64,000 nt of DNA. Origin: Christensenellaceae bacterium (GTDB lineage Bacteria > Bacillota > Clostridia > Christensenellales > CAG-138). A program made the position numbers and the translations under genes. This document shows, in pieces, positions 38,727 to 49,049 of this stretch (positions are counted from its first letter, which is position 1; each line of letters begins with the position of its first letter). A model generated the notes under the pieces. That model was given only the letters and a program-made list of their open reading frames with translations, was not told the origin of the DNA and did no database searches. The stretch covers positions 96,901 to 160,900 of the forward strand of contig OY776633.1 in assembly GCA_963675855.1 (NCBI GenBank), in the 5' to 3' direction.

Positions 38727-39704
38727 TTAAGTTGATTCTAGAAGATCAATGCTCATATTGGCAGATAAGGAACCTGATGAGTTTTTCGTAATTGGATGAG
38801 CTGACATATGAAATATAGAATGATCAAAATCGATTGTTTTTAATAACTTAATTATGCATTCTGAATCTGAAATAATATTCAGTGTATCAATCAGCTCTCG
38901 TCCAGCAGTTGTAAACTCGATGCATTTTATGGTAAAAGTACCTGCTTTCGATTTTTGATTCCAAACTCGTATTAATAATGAATCTGTGTTCATCTCTAAC
39001 ATAGCATTACCAAAGAAATTGTTTTCTACACTTGTATTAAAATCACAGACAACCAATCCACATTCATCTAGCAATCGAAGATCATCGTACTTTACTTGAT
39101 AATTCGATAAAACATCCATATTTCTAATTAAAAATCGACGCTCTTTTAATCCAATTGAGTAAGTTGATATTTTACTGAACAAAACAGCTTCTTTTTGCGA
39201 GATATTTTTCAATGTCTCTAACGTTCTTAGAGAAAATGATCTTGGTTTTTTGATTTCTCCAGCAAGAACTGAAGCCCAAATATTCCTCATTTCCTCGTTG
39301 CTGATATCTTCAACACAATTAAAGAATCGTACAATCCAATCATCGTCGACGGGTTCATTTGTTACAGTTTCTTCGTCTTTTAACACTTCATAAGATTTGT
39401 CAGCTATTATTTCAATATTCTGTTGCTTTCTGACTTCCTGAAAAACCATTCTGGATTCTGCGTGTTCTGCTAGTTCTTGAATACTACGTGCATCCATTTG
39501 AATTCCATCTCTATCAAGAAGGATAGGCAAGTAGCTATTACGTTGAACCGCTCCGGCTATTGTTTCTATTTCGTATGCTGTTGCATCTGCCATTTTCCTT
39601 TTATAACGAGGGTCATAGGCTCTTCCAATTCCACGTGAAACAACTTCAATTAATTTTGTGGCTGGTGCAGATAATGCTTTAGCAGCTTCTAATAACTCTC
39701 CCAT
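38727..39704 (-). CDS. AT-rich DUF2806-like protein
   Basis: R.QQNIE.I, VDDDW..RFF...EDIS.EEM..IWA.VLAGE...P.SFSLRTL..L pattern. Sampled 60-nt lines have 13-22 G+C versus 38 in a sampled flanking line. Own promoter TTGCAA-16-TACAAT. Confidence 0.8.
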   Translation of the reverse strand: MGELLEAAKALSAPATKLIEVVSRGIGRAYDPRYKRKMADATAYEIETIAGAVQRNSYLPILLDRDGIQMDARSIQELAEHAESRMVFQEVRKQQNIEIIADKSYEVLKDEETVTNEPVDDDWIVRFFNCVEDISNEEMRNIWASVLAGEIKKPRSFSLRTLETLKNISQKEAVLFSKISTYSIGLKERRFLIRNMDVLSNYQVKYDDLRLLDECGLVVCDFNTSVENNFFGNAMLEMNTDSLLIRVWNQKSKAGTFTIKCIEFTTAGRELIDTLNIISDSECIIKLLKTIDFDHSIFHMSAHPITKNSSGSLSANMSIDLLEST

Positions 39705-39773
39705 ACAGAATCCCCCATTTGACAATACTAATTATCATTGTATCAACTGTGTAATAAGTTGCAAGGGTGATTA

Positions 39774-40640
39774 TTAGTCGAAAAGTTTCATCTGCCTCTC
39801 TTTCGACTCAAACGTCCACAAATACTTAAAAACATCTTCTGTCTTGTACAATATCCCGTTCTCTTTGCAAACCCGTGTAAATATCCCCATCAATTTTCTA
39901 TTATTCGGACTCATACAGCTATACGCGTTGCCAAAGGTCTGCATGTATTTCTGCTTCACCCCGGGAAACTCGCGATCCAGTGCGGCGTAAAAATACTCCC
40001 GGTCTCCTTCCCGCAGCGTCACCCCAAAGCCGAAGCACAGGATGCCCTTCACCCCCGCTCGTACGCAGTAGTCCAGCAGCCCGAGCAGGTTCTCCTCCGT
40101 GTCGTTGATAAACGGCAATATCGGCGTGAGCCACACCACCGTCGGGATGCCCGCCTCCTTGAGCGTCATCAGCATGTCAAAGCGCTCACGCGTGGTGGAA
40201 ACATGCGGTTCGATCTTCTTGCAGAGCGCTTCGTCATAGGTCGTCAGCGTGACCTGCACGACGCATTTTGTGCGCTCGTTGATCTTTTTGAGCAGGTCGA
40301 GGTCGCGCAGCAGCCGCGCGGACTTGGTTAGTATCGCGAGACCGAAGCCGTACCGCTCAATGCGCTCGATGCTCTGTCTCGTGAGTTCCAGCTCCGTTTC
40401 GAGCGGGATGTACGGGTCGCACATTGACCCCGTGCCGATCATGCACGGCTTGCGTTTTCTCTTCAACTGCGCTTCGAGAATCTTCACCGCATCGCGCTTG
40501 ACCTCAATGTCCTCGAATACGTGGTCGATATGATAGCATTTGCTCCGGCTGTCGCAGTAGATGCAGCCGTGCGAACACCCGCGGTAGAGGTTCATACCGT
40601 TCTGCGGCGAGAGGATGGTCTTATAGTCGGCGTAGTGCAT
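39774..40640 (-). CDS. Radical SAM protein (spore photoproduct lyase/Rv2578c-like)
   Basis: N.YRGCSHGCIYC (CxxxCxxC), DPY...E, LTKS, IEP, PILPFIND. Confidence 0.88.
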   Translation of the reverse strand: MHYADYKTILSPQNGMNLYRGCSHGCIYCDSRSKCYHIDHVFEDIEVKRDAVKILEAQLKRKRKPCMIGTGSMCDPYIPLETELELTRQSIERIERYGFGLAILTKSARLLRDLDLLKKINERTKCVVQVTLTTYDEALCKKIEPHVSTTRERFDMLMTLKEAGIPTVVWLTPILPFINDTEENLLGLLDYCVRAGVKGILCFGFGVTLREGDREYFYAALDREFPGVKQKYMQTFGNAYSCMSPNNRKLMGIFTRVCKENGILYKTEDVFKYLWTFESKERQMKLFD

Positions 40641-40809
40641 CGGCGGCGTATTCCCTCCTCCCGCATAGTCGTTTCAGTATAGCAGAACAAACCCGACAAA
40701 TATATGTCATGTTTTCTATCGGTTATCCCACGAAAAAAGTTTAACACTCTTAACAGTTTTTTCGGCGTTTCTTCGCACTTTCTCCACAGGCGTATCGTAT
40801 CATACCGCC

Positions 40810-41499
40810 ATGAAGTATAATAAAACACCAAACAACTTGAAAAAGAAGCGCAGATTTTTCGTCGTCGCTTTACTGCTGCTCGCCGCCGTCCTGCTTCCGC
40901 TTGGCGTGAACGCAGGTATGTGCCTCTCGGTACGGGATCAAATTCTGTCACCGGAAGAGGCCGGCAGTCTCGACGCGGACGCCATTCTCGTACTCGGCGC
41001 ACGCGTCTGGAACAACGGCAGTCCGAGCGGCATCCTCGAAGACCGGCTCATCACCGGTATCGCAGCCTACGAAGCAAACGCTTCCAAACGCCTGCTCATG
41101 AGCGGCGACCACGGGCGCGACGACTACGACGAGGTCAACGCCATGAAGGATTACGCCGTCGACGCGGGCGTTCCCGCCGGCGCGGTCTTTATGGATCACG
41201 CGGGGTTTTCCACTTATGAAAGCCTCTACCGCGCGCGCGATGTGTTTCAGGTGAAAACGGTGTTGATCGTCACGCAGCAATACCACCTCTACCGCGCGTT
41301 ATATGTCGCCCGCGCGCTGGGGCTGGACGCGTACGGCATCGCGTCCGATCTTCGAACCTATCCCGGCATGCCGCGCTTTGAAGCGCGCGAAATTCTGGCG
41401 CGCTGCAAGGATTTTGTCTATACGCTCTATATGCCGCTTCCGACGTATCTTGGCGAGCCGATCCCGATTTCGGGCGACGCCAGCCTGACAGACGGATAG
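40810..41499 (+). CDS. SanA/YdcF (DUF218) family membrane protein
   Basis: N-terminal TM helix, LVLGA, L.DRL, MSGD....YDE, DHAGFSTYES, VTQ.YHL.RA, RE.LA. Confidence 0.88.
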   Translation: MKYNKTPNNLKKKRRFFVVALLLLAAVLLPLGVNAGMCLSVRDQILSPEEAGSLDADAILVLGARVWNNGSPSGILEDRLITGIAAYEANASKRLLMSGDHGRDDYDEVNAMKDYAVDAGVPAGAVFMDHAGFSTYESLYRARDVFQVKTVLIVTQQYHLYRALYVARALGLDAYGIASDLRTYPGMPRFEAREILARCKDFVYTLYMPLPTYLGEPIPISGDASLTDG

Positions 41500-41517
41500 C
41501 CTCGATTTCGCGATATC

Positions 41518-41545
41518 AAAAAGCGCCGCTAAATAGCGGCGCTTT
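41518..41545. terminator. Bidirectional terminator between the sanA-like gene and ftsZ
   Basis: AAAAAGCGCCGCT-AAAT-AGCGGCGCTTT. Confidence 0.85.
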
Positions 41546-41558
41546 AATTTTTCATTCG

Positions 41559-42893
41559 TTAGCGGTTGCGCAGGAACGCGGGCACGTCCAGCTTGCTCTT
41601 AGGCTTCTCCTGGTAGTCCCTTCGGATGTCGTTTTCTCCGAACACCTGATCCTGCCGCTGCTGGGGAATCGGCGCGGCGACGGGTTCGTCCGTCATGATC
41701 GGGCGGCGCGGCGCGTAGGACGCCGAAGCGTACTGCGGCTGGTTCGGCGCCTGCCGCATCGGCGGCTGATACTGCGGCTGCGCCGGATACGGCTGCGGCT
41801 GCGCGGGCTGCTGCTGTTGCTGGGCTGCCTGCTGCGGGTGCGGCTGCGCGGCCTGCTGGGCTGCGTTGGCGTTGCCGTACGGCATGCGGTAGGAACTGAA
41901 CGCGCCAAAGCCGGGTACGCCCTGCGTATTGCCGCTGCGGTCGGAGCGGTCGAATCCGGTCGCGATAACCGTGATGCGCAGCGCGTCGCCCATGGCTTCG
42001 TCGATATCCGCGCCAAATATGATGTTCGCTTCCGGATCGACGTTTTCGCTGATGAGCTCCGCCGCTTCGTTGACTTCCAAAAGGCTTAGATCCGGGCCGC
42101 CGGTGATATTCATGAGCACGCCGCGCGCGCCGGTGATGCTTGTTTCGAGCAGCGGGCTTTCAATGGCCTGGCGCGCCGCTTCCGCCGCGCGTTTTTCGCC
42201 GCTGGCGTTGCCGATGCCCATATGCGCAAGGCCCTTTTCCCGCATGACGGTCTTCACGTCCGCAAAGTCGAGGTTGATCATCGCCGGCACCGCGATGAGG
42301 TCCGAAATGCCCTGAATGCCCTGGCGCAGAACGTCGTCCGCGACACGCAGCGCATCCGGTAGGCTCGCGCGGCCTACGAGGTCGATGAGCTTGTCGTTCG
42401 GAATCGTGATGAGCGTATCCACGGCGGGTTTGAGCGCGGCGATGCCGATCTCGGCGTTGCGCATGCGCACCTTGCCCTCGAACGTAAAGGGCTTTGTCAC
42501 CACCGCGATGGTAAGTATGCCAAGCTCGCGCGCGCACTCGGCTACGATGGACGTAGCCCCCGTGCCCGTTCCGCCGCCCATGCCGGCGGTGATAAACGCC
42601 ATATCGGTGCCGCGCAGCGCTTCGGTGATGAGCTCCCGGCTCTCGTCCGCGGCCTTACGGCCAACTTCGGGGTCAGCGCCCGCACCGAGGCCTTTGGTCA
42701 GCTTTTCGCCGATCTGTATCTTGGTCGGCGCTTTGGCAAGAAACAGCGCCTGTTTATCCGTATTGATTGCGACAAAGTCCACGCCGCGGAGACCGTACTG
42801 CACCATGCGGTTGATGGCGTTGCAGCCGGCGCCCCCTACGCCGATGACCTTTAACTGCGCAAAGGATGTGTTCTCGAAGTCCGGTTCAAACAT
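41559..42893 (-). CDS. ftsZ: Cell division protein FtsZ
   Basis: [16 protein letters not shown] tubulin signature, INLDFAD, C-terminal LDVPAFLR; Gln/Pro-rich linker. Confidence 0.98.
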   Translation of the reverse strand: MFEPDFENTSFAQLKVIGVGGAGCNAINRMVQYGLRGVDFVAINTDKQALFLAKAPTKIQIGEKLTKGLGAGADPEVGRKAADESRELITEALRGTDMAFITAGMGGGTGTGATSIVAECARELGILTIAVVTKPFTFEGKVRMRNAEIGIAALKPAVDTLITIPNDKLIDLVGRASLPDALRVADDVLRQGIQGISDLIAVPAMINLDFADVKTVMREKGLAHMGIGNASGEKRAAEAARQAIESPLLETSITGARGVLMNITGGPDLSLLEVNEAAELISENVDPEANIIFGADIDEAMGDALRITVIATGFDRSDRSGNTQGVPGFGAFSSYRMPYGNANAAQQAAQPHPQQAAQQQQQPAQPQPYPAQPQYQPPMRQAPNQPQYASASYAPRRPIMTDEPVAAPIPQQRQDQVFGENDIRRDYQEKPKSKLDVPAFLRNR

Positions 42894-42905
42894 TGTTTGT
42901 CCCCC

Positions 42906-44087
42906 TTATTTGGTAAAAAGGTTGCGCATCCTGTCCACGAGCGTAGCGGGCGACGTATCGGTCACGACGTCGTCGCTCGTGGCGCGCAAAACGAAATCTA
43001 AAGCTGAAAAGGCACTGGTGTAATTCGGCGTATCCATATCCGCCACCCACGGGGTGTCGCGCTGAATGTTCAGCTGCAGCCCGCGCTTGAGGTAGTCGAT
43101 GCCGCCTTTCATCATGGCGATCCCGCCGCCGGTGAGGTACGTAACGGGACTCGCCTCAGGCGAAATCCCCATCTCCCTGAGCGCCGTGCGAATCAGGGAA
43201 ACCAGTTCGCCCGCGCGCGCTTCCACGATCAGTTCGATCGCCGAATGCTCCACGCGCTTTACGCCTTTCGGCGTGCGCACAATTTCGGTGTTGCTCAGCG
43301 GCTCCTGCAAAAAAACGAAACGCCGCTTCACCTGCTCCGCCGTTTCAAACGGGATCTCCAGTCCGAAGGCGAGGTCGGAAGCAATCTGCTTTCCCCCGGC
43401 TTCGATGCTTCTGAAATCCGTCAGCGCGGCGTTTTCGACGATGGAGACGTCGGTATGCGTATACCCCGCGTCGATGAGTACCGCCGGGCGTACGCGCTCT
43501 TTTTCGGGAATCACCGCCAGCGCCGCGCAAAGCTGCGAAGAGACGCTCATCGAAATCTCGATGTTCAGCGGAGAAAGCGCCTGTTCCATCGCGTGAACGA
43601 ACTCTTCCTGCACGAACATGTGAGAAACGAGCGCGCCGAGTTCCTCGGTCTTGGCACCCGTCGGGAGAGCGGACGACACCACCCCGCCGACCGTAAAGGA
43701 GACGGGCGTGCTGTGCATGAGCACATAGCCGTTCAGCTTTACCTTTTTAAGGGAGAGCGAGATGACATCGTCGATATCCTCCGCCATCACACGTTTCCCA
43801 CGGCCTCCGATGGGCAGCGCCGCTTCGCTCAGAATGATCCTGCAAAACGGCGCGGGAACGCTGACGGCGGCTTCGCGGATGCGCATGCGCGCTTCCTGCT
43901 CGGTTTTGGAAACCGCCTCGACGATTGCGTTATGCAGCGAGCGGTGATCCGAAAATGCGCCTGTCTGATAGCCGTTGTACGGGCACACCGAGACGCCGTG
44001 CACCGTAATGCCATCGCGATTGACAAAACTGCCGCACAGACAGACAATCTTGGAACTTCCGATGTCCAGCACCGCAGTCGGCTTCAA
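42906..44087 (-). CDS. ftsA: Cell division protein FtsA
   Basis: LDIGSSKI, ID.G...T, GG.....DL, AE..K, LTGGG, amphipathic C-terminus (RMRNLF); TTG behind GGAGG; upstream of ftsZ. Confidence 0.9.
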   Translation of the reverse strand: MKPTAVLDIGSSKIVCLCGSFVNRDGITVHGVSVCPYNGYQTGAFSDHRSLHNAIVEAVSKTEQEARMRIREAAVSVPAPFCRIILSEAALPIGGRGKRVMAEDIDDVISLSLKKVKLNGYVLMHSTPVSFTVGGVVSSALPTGAKTEELGALVSHMFVQEEFVHAMEQALSPLNIEISMSVSSQLCAALAVIPEKERVRPAVLIDAGYTHTDVSIVENAALTDFRSIEAGGKQIASDLAFGLEIPFETAEQVKRRFVFLQEPLSNTEIVRTPKGVKRVEHSAIELIVEARAGELVSLIRTALREMGISPEASPVTYLTGGGIAMMKGGIDYLKRGLQLNIQRDTPWVADMDTPNYTSAFSALDFVLRATSDDVVTDTSPATLVDRMRNLFTK

Positions 44088-44273
44088 TGCGGTATCCTCC
44101 GCTTACTTCGCAACATACACTGCGATATTATATCATAACGCAAAGAAAAGTCGCAACACAACCGTATTGTTTCCGAATTGTTCGAATTTTCGTCATGGTT
44201 GCGATTTTGCGGTCTACAACTTGATGAAACAGCCGTATAGAAATCAATATCTAGCGCCTGTAACGGCTGGATT

Positions 44274-45500
44274 TTACCTGGCCGATACGGGCTGGCTGCC
44301 GGTTCGGCGCGCCGCAGCGGCTTTTTCGACCGCGTCGAGCGCGTCCTTCGCAATCTGCGTATACGAAAGGTTCCTTTCGCCATAACGCCGTGCGTTTTCC
44401 CCCATTCGCCTTGCGGCTTCTTCGTCACGCGTAAAGCGGTTCAGCATGTCGAACAATTCGTCCGCGGAGCCCGTCTTCAGGAAAAAGGCGCCCGGGTTTG
44501 CAGGGTCGCTCAGGTGCGCCGCGTCGCCGGGTTCCGGCTCGTGAAACGCAGCGGGAATCCCGAGGCACACCGTCTGCTCCCAGAGCACGGAATGCGCGCC
44601 GGGATATACCGCAAAATCGCTCGCGGCGATATGCTCCAGCACCCTTTCCCCCGGCAGAAACCCGGTGAAACGAACGCGTTCGTTATCCCGGCAAGCCGCG
44701 GCGACGCGGGATCGGACGCTTTCATCCATACTTCCCACATAGAGCAGCCACCAGTTGCGTTTGTTCAGCCGAACGAACGCCTCCGCGAGCTCGACCGGGC
44801 GCTTCTTTTCATCCAGCTTGCCCGCGAGCACAATCATCTTCGCGTCCGGCGGCATTCCGAGCGCGGAACGCACCTCTGCGCGAAGCGCCTGCTTTCTTAC
44901 ATAGGGAAGCGTTTCAAGCTGCGCGCCCAGCCAGAGCGGGTGCAGCATTTCCTCCGAAAACCCGAGCTCTTTTTCGGCGAACGTCCTGCGCGGCGGTGTC
45001 ACGTAAAACACCTTCTCGTATCGCCGTTCCATATATCGCCGCCAGAGCCGGTACGCCAGCTTAAAATACAGAAGCCGCCGGACGCGGTCTTTTACCGTAC
45101 CCGAAAAACACGCGTTGAACGCAAGCAGGTACGTTTCGTGCGTGTCGGCGCAAAAAAGGCACCCGGGATATTGTCTGCCGTATTGGAGCAGTTCAAAGCT
45201 TCTCGCCAGCACAAACCCGTGCACGAAGATCAGATCGGGTTTTTCGCGCTTCAGCAGTTCGTTCAGGCCGGATATCCGCGTATACAGGCGTTTGTAACGA
45301 ATCTTGACATAGCGCACCGCCACGCCGTCGTCCGTCGCTTCGTCCCCGGGCTGATGTTGCGCGCCGTCATAAAACGCCGGATTGTCCACGCCCGCGATCA
45401 CGCTTACCTCGTGCCCGAGCGCCGCCATAGCGGCGGGCAGGTAGTTCTCCTGATACGTGTACCCGGCCATATAGTGCTGTACGAGGTGTACGATCTTCAA
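44274..45500 (-). CDS. GT4 glycosyltransferase
   Basis: KIVH, GY.YQEN.L, PDLIFVH, GKL...K, F.GF, DFAVYPG.HSVLWE; probable TTG start at 45500 behind AAGGA. Confidence 0.82.
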   Translation of the reverse strand: MKIVHLVQHYMAGYTYQENYLPAAMAALGHEVSVIAGVDNPAFYDGAQHQPGDEATDDGVAVRYVKIRYKRLYTRISGLNELLKREKPDLIFVHGFVLARSFELLQYGRQYPGCLFCADTHETYLLAFNACFSGTVKDRVRRLLYFKLAYRLWRRYMERRYEKVFYVTPPRRTFAEKELGFSEEMLHPLWLGAQLETLPYVRKQALRAEVRSALGMPPDAKMIVLAGKLDEKKRPVELAEAFVRLNKRNWWLLYVGSMDESVRSRVAAACRDNERVRFTGFLPGERVLEHIAASDFAVYPGAHSVLWEQTVCLGIPAAFHEPEPGDAAHLSDPANPGAFFLKTGSADELFDMLNRFTRDEEAARRMGENARRYGERNLSYTQIAKDALDAVEKAAAARRTGSQPVSAR

Positions 45501-45555
45501 AGCGGCAAAATCCTTTCCCGTTCCGGCCGGCTGCAGTTCTTTTGCCGGGCTATTG

Positions 45556-46812
45556 TTACTGTTTCGTAAGTTTTGCATAGATTTCGAGAAGCCGCGCGTG
45601 ATTTTTCTGCGGGTTGTGCCGCCGCGCCGCCGCCTCACGCCCCTCCGCCGAGAGTCGCCTTGCCAGCGCGCTGCTGATGAAGATGCGTTTCACCGCGTCC
45701 GCAAGCTGCTCCGGCTCGTCATACGGATACAGGATTCCCTCCAGGCCGTCCTGCACCATGTCCGGCGTGCCGCCGACACGGCTCGCAACCACCGGCGTAC
45801 CGAGCAGCATGGCTTCGCCGATGGCGTTGCTGCTGTTTTCGATGGCGGAAGGGTTCAGCGCGACATGCGCGCGAAGGTAGCGTTCCTTCATGCCCTGCGC
45901 GGACAGCGCGCCGAGAAACGAAACATGCTCCTCCAGCCCCAGCATGCGGATACGTCTCGCCAGATACCGCGCGTAGCTCTGGCGGCGCAGGCGCGGCATC
46001 AGCCCCCCTGCGCGCGGGTCAGCGCCGGTCGTATAGAGCTTCACACCCGGAAACTCACGCTTTAAAACCGCAAGCGCTTCCAATGCCTGATGCAGCCCCT
46101 TAATCGGATAATTGCCCTGTGAAACGAAGATGCTGTGCCGCTCGCAGCCGTCCGGCCGCCAAGCGCCTTCGTAAAACTCCGGCCGCAGGGTCTCGCTGCA
46201 GAAATGGTACGCCGCGTACGGATTGATTCGCTCCACGCTTTGTTTGTCCCAGCCGGTGCGGCCGATCACATGGCGCGCCTTTTTCAGCGCGGCGATTTCA
46301 AATTCGCCCCGGCGTGCAAATTTCTCTCCTTGCTGCCTGATATTATCCCGCCGCAGAAAATCCCGCGGGGTGAAGCCGTTTACAACGCGTTCCGGCAGCC
46401 CCGCCGCGTATTGCCGCGCGATCAGCGATATCAGCCCCTGTACGCTCACGACCGTGCAGGCGAGCATGCCTTCCTGTTCGGCGGCGTTGAGCATGGCCAG
46501 CGAAAACGGATATTCCGTACCCCAGATATGGATCACGTCCGGCGCTTCGTGCCGCAGCAGCTTCCGAAATTCTTTCTCCTGTTCGGACGAGTAATCGAGC
46601 GGATCCTGCCGAAACGACCAGCCCGTGAGCCGCCCGGCGGTCACGCGCGTATGCGCGCCCGTCGTGCGGTAACAGCAGATCAGGCTGTTGTCCGGGTCTT
46701 CCAGCAGCCGGTCGCAGAAGCTCACAAGCCACCCGCCCGCAAACGACGGGGTTAAGCCGGTAATCCGCGCGATCTGCGGCAGAACGGGTTCCGCTACCCA
46801 AAGGATCTTCAC
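45556..46812 (-). CDS. GT4 glycosyltransferase
   Basis: MKILW, GGW, PD.IHIWGTE, YPIKG, PS.IENS.NA.GEAM.LG.PVVAS.VGG. Confidence 0.88.
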   Translation of the reverse strand: MKILWVAEPVLPQIARITGLTPSFAGGWLVSFCDRLLEDPDNSLICCYRTTGAHTRVTAGRLTGWSFRQDPLDYSSEQEKEFRKLLRHEAPDVIHIWGTEYPFSLAMLNAAEQEGMLACTVVSVQGLISLIARQYAAGLPERVVNGFTPRDFLRRDNIRQQGEKFARRGEFEIAALKKARHVIGRTGWDKQSVERINPYAAYHFCSETLRPEFYEGAWRPDGCERHSIFVSQGNYPIKGLHQALEALAVLKREFPGVKLYTTGADPRAGGLMPRLRRQSYARYLARRIRMLGLEEHVSFLGALSAQGMKERYLRAHVALNPSAIENSSNAIGEAMLLGTPVVASRVGGTPDMVQDGLEGILYPYDEPEQLADAVKRIFISSALARRLSAEGREAAARRHNPQKNHARLLEIYAKLTKQ

Positions 46813-47834
46813 GTGCGCCTCCTTTGCCTGAGCGCGCGCAGCGTCATGAGCCTGCGCGACTCGTCGCCCAGCAGCCTGAACAGCCTGTCCTCTTCCGTAC
46901 TCTTTTTAGACAAAACCGCCCGGAGAGCGCCGCGTTTTTGTGCGCGTTCCTCTTCCAGATAATATCGCAGGCACATCTCGTCGACCGCGCTTCGATACGC
47001 CGCGTCGTCGAGATAGAGTCTGTTTTGATCGTCGATTTCGCGTTTGAACGCTTCGTCGGTCGAAGCGCGCAGTTCGCCGGACGTATGCTCCAACGCGCGC
47101 GTCTCGTATTCCAGCCGCCCGTTTTGCAAAAGCGTCAGCGAAATCGCCAGCGAATCGTCGGCATCCGGCCCGCCGAGCCCGTAAAACACCAGCCCGTTTC
47201 GGTGCGCTTCCCAACCCTTCGCCGCGCCCGTGTCCGCAACGACGCTCGCGCCCGCGTCGATCAGGCGGCGGTATCGCGCGCGCCACTCCGGCAGTGGCAG
47301 CCGCGCGCCGGGAAGTCCCGCGCGCAAGAATACGATCACATGGTCGCACTGGTTAAGAAGCATGCGCACCTGGTCGTATGCCATGAGTCCTAGCACGTCC
47401 GCCCGTCCGTCGAATCCGCCCGCGCGCCGTTCTCCGTAGGATAAAAACCCGACGCGCACGTCGTTGACGCAGAGCACGGCCGGCGCGTTTGCCAGCGCTT
47501 CCGTCCTTCCCGCGCCGATGGCGTGCGTGCCGCCGAGCGCGGCGCGCACTTCGTCGAGTCGGCCGCCTTCCATGCCCGCGAGCGCGGCGATGTCCGCGCC
47601 GTTTTGCATGAGCCATACGGCCGTCTGTTCGTCGTCATCGTGCAGCGCGAATGCGCGCAGATCGTGCGCGCCGATCTCCTCCGCCAGCGCCGCGCCGATA
47701 CGCGGCGCGCCGCCCTGCATGCGCCCGGCGCCGCCGAGCAGCAGAACCCGCGCGCGCGGTTTTTGTTCCGGTTGAAGAACCGATTCTTCCGTACCGGGCC
47801 GGTTCGATTCGTTTTTCTTTTTCCCGTTTGCCAT
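46809..47834 (-). CDS. CapA/PGA_cap-like metallophosphatase-fold protein, degenerate
   Basis: IGAG, VGFLSY, D.VIV, LIDAGA..V, E.....G.VFYGLG pattern, but the GD, NNH, HWG and GHHPH metal ligands are absent. Confidence 0.6.
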   Translation of the reverse strand: MANGKKKNESNRPGTEESVLQPEQKPRARVLLLGGAGRMQGGAPRIGAALAEEIGAHDLRAFALHDDDEQTAVWLMQNGADIAALAGMEGGRLDEVRAALGGTHAIGAGRTEALANAPAVLCVNDVRVGFLSYGERRAGGFDGRADVLGLMAYDQVRMLLNQCDHVIVFLRAGLPGARLPLPEWRARYRRLIDAGASVVADTGAAKGWEAHRNGLVFYGLGGPDADDSLAISLTLLQNGRLEYETRALEHTSGELRASTDEAFKREIDDQNRLYLDDAAYRSAVDEMCLRYYLEEERAQKRGALRAVLSKKSTEEDRLFRLLGDESRRLMTLRALRQRRRT

Positions 47835-47837
47835 TTG

Positions 47838-49049
47838 TTACATCCCGCCTTTTGTGCGGCTGATATTGTTCAGCAGCTGCAGCACTCGCGCAGCCTGCGC
47901 TTTGTTCGATTTGTTTTTTAGCACGAACGCTTTCGCCGCAAGGCCTTTTTCATGCAGGGTTTCGCGTGGAAGCGCGAGCGTTTCTTCAAGCGTTTTTGCC
48001 ATTCCCCCGACCGACTCGTCCAAAATGAGGTAAGCATAATCGTCGTATTCGCGCGGCATACCGGAGAGCTTCGTGGTGAGCACGGGCGTGCCGGACGCCA
48101 TGTATTCGAGGTTTTTCGAAGGAAACGAGTAGGCGGTGAACGCCTCTTCAGACGGGCGGGGGTTGACGAGCAGCGTCGCGCGCAGCTCCTCCTCCACTAC
48201 GGCGGCGTTGTCCGCCACGCCGCGGCATTCGATCCTCATATCCCGCGCGGCCAGTTCGCGGAGTTCCTCCGCCGCGTCGCCTTCGCCGTAGAACACCAGC
48301 CGCGCATTTGCATCCTTTACCTGAAGGAACGCGCGCGCCAGCGTTGTTACGCCGTACCTTGCATGCAGCATGCCGGCATAGAGGCAAACCCTTTCGGGAT
48401 GTTTGTCCTCCAGCCGGTTGTTCCGCGAAGCCATCGCCGCGTCCACCTGCCCTTCGGCTACGATGTACGGCCTGCAATGCGGATTGACCCGCGCGTCCAT
48501 TGCCTCGGTGAGCAGCACATACCCGTCGTAGCGCGCGAGCCGGCGCGCGTTGAAATCCGCGACGCGGGTTTGACCGAAGAGGACGTGCGGCACGTCGGTC
48601 ACGATAGCGACGCAGGGGCGGCGCGTCAGCCGCGTCGCTGCGCGCACGCCGGTGCTCAGCGCAATGTTCAGCCCGTCGCAGACGGCATAGCCGCCGCGCC
48701 AAAGAAAGCGCAGCGCGGCAAAAAACGCGCCGCCGGCCACAAAGAGGTGCTTTACAAACGGCAGTCTGAGAACCGGCAGGTACCGGTAGGACACGCCGTC
48801 GCGCTCCTCGCGCGGCAGGCGGACGAAGACCCGCCTGCTGGTGAGCCGCGAGACCGGCGGTGCGGTGAGCGCGATAACCTCCGCGCCGTTTTGAATCAGC
48901 CCCCGCGCCATGAGCGCGTGATACTTCTGCGCGGCGAGGCTCGGTTTTGTCGCCGCGCTAGAAAACAGCGCGGAGTACGTCTCCGCGCTCACGAGCGTCG
49001 ATGCGTATAGCACGCGCGCGCGCGCGTCTTTATCGCTTTCTATGGGCAT
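47838..49049 (-). CDS. GT4 glycosyltransferase
   Basis: IVTD.P, LLT..M, EG, YAG.L...YG, LVNPR......YSFPSK.LEYMASG.PV. Confidence 0.87.
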   Translation of the reverse strand: MPIESDKDARARVLYASTLVSAETYSALFSSAATKPSLAAQKYHALMARGLIQNGAEVIALTAPPVSRLTSRRVFVRLPREERDGVSYRYLPVLRLPFVKHLFVAGGAFFAALRFLWRGGYAVCDGLNIALSTGVRAATRLTRRPCVAIVTDVPHVLFGQTRVADFNARRLARYDGYVLLTEAMDARVNPHCRPYIVAEGQVDAAMASRNNRLEDKHPERVCLYAGMLHARYGVTTLARAFLQVKDANARLVFYGEGDAAEELRELAARDMRIECRGVADNAAVVEEELRATLLVNPRPSEEAFTAYSFPSKNLEYMASGTPVLTTKLSGMPREYDDYAYLILDESVGGMAKTLEETLALPRETLHEKGLAAKAFVLKNKSNKAQAARVLQLLNNISRTKGGM

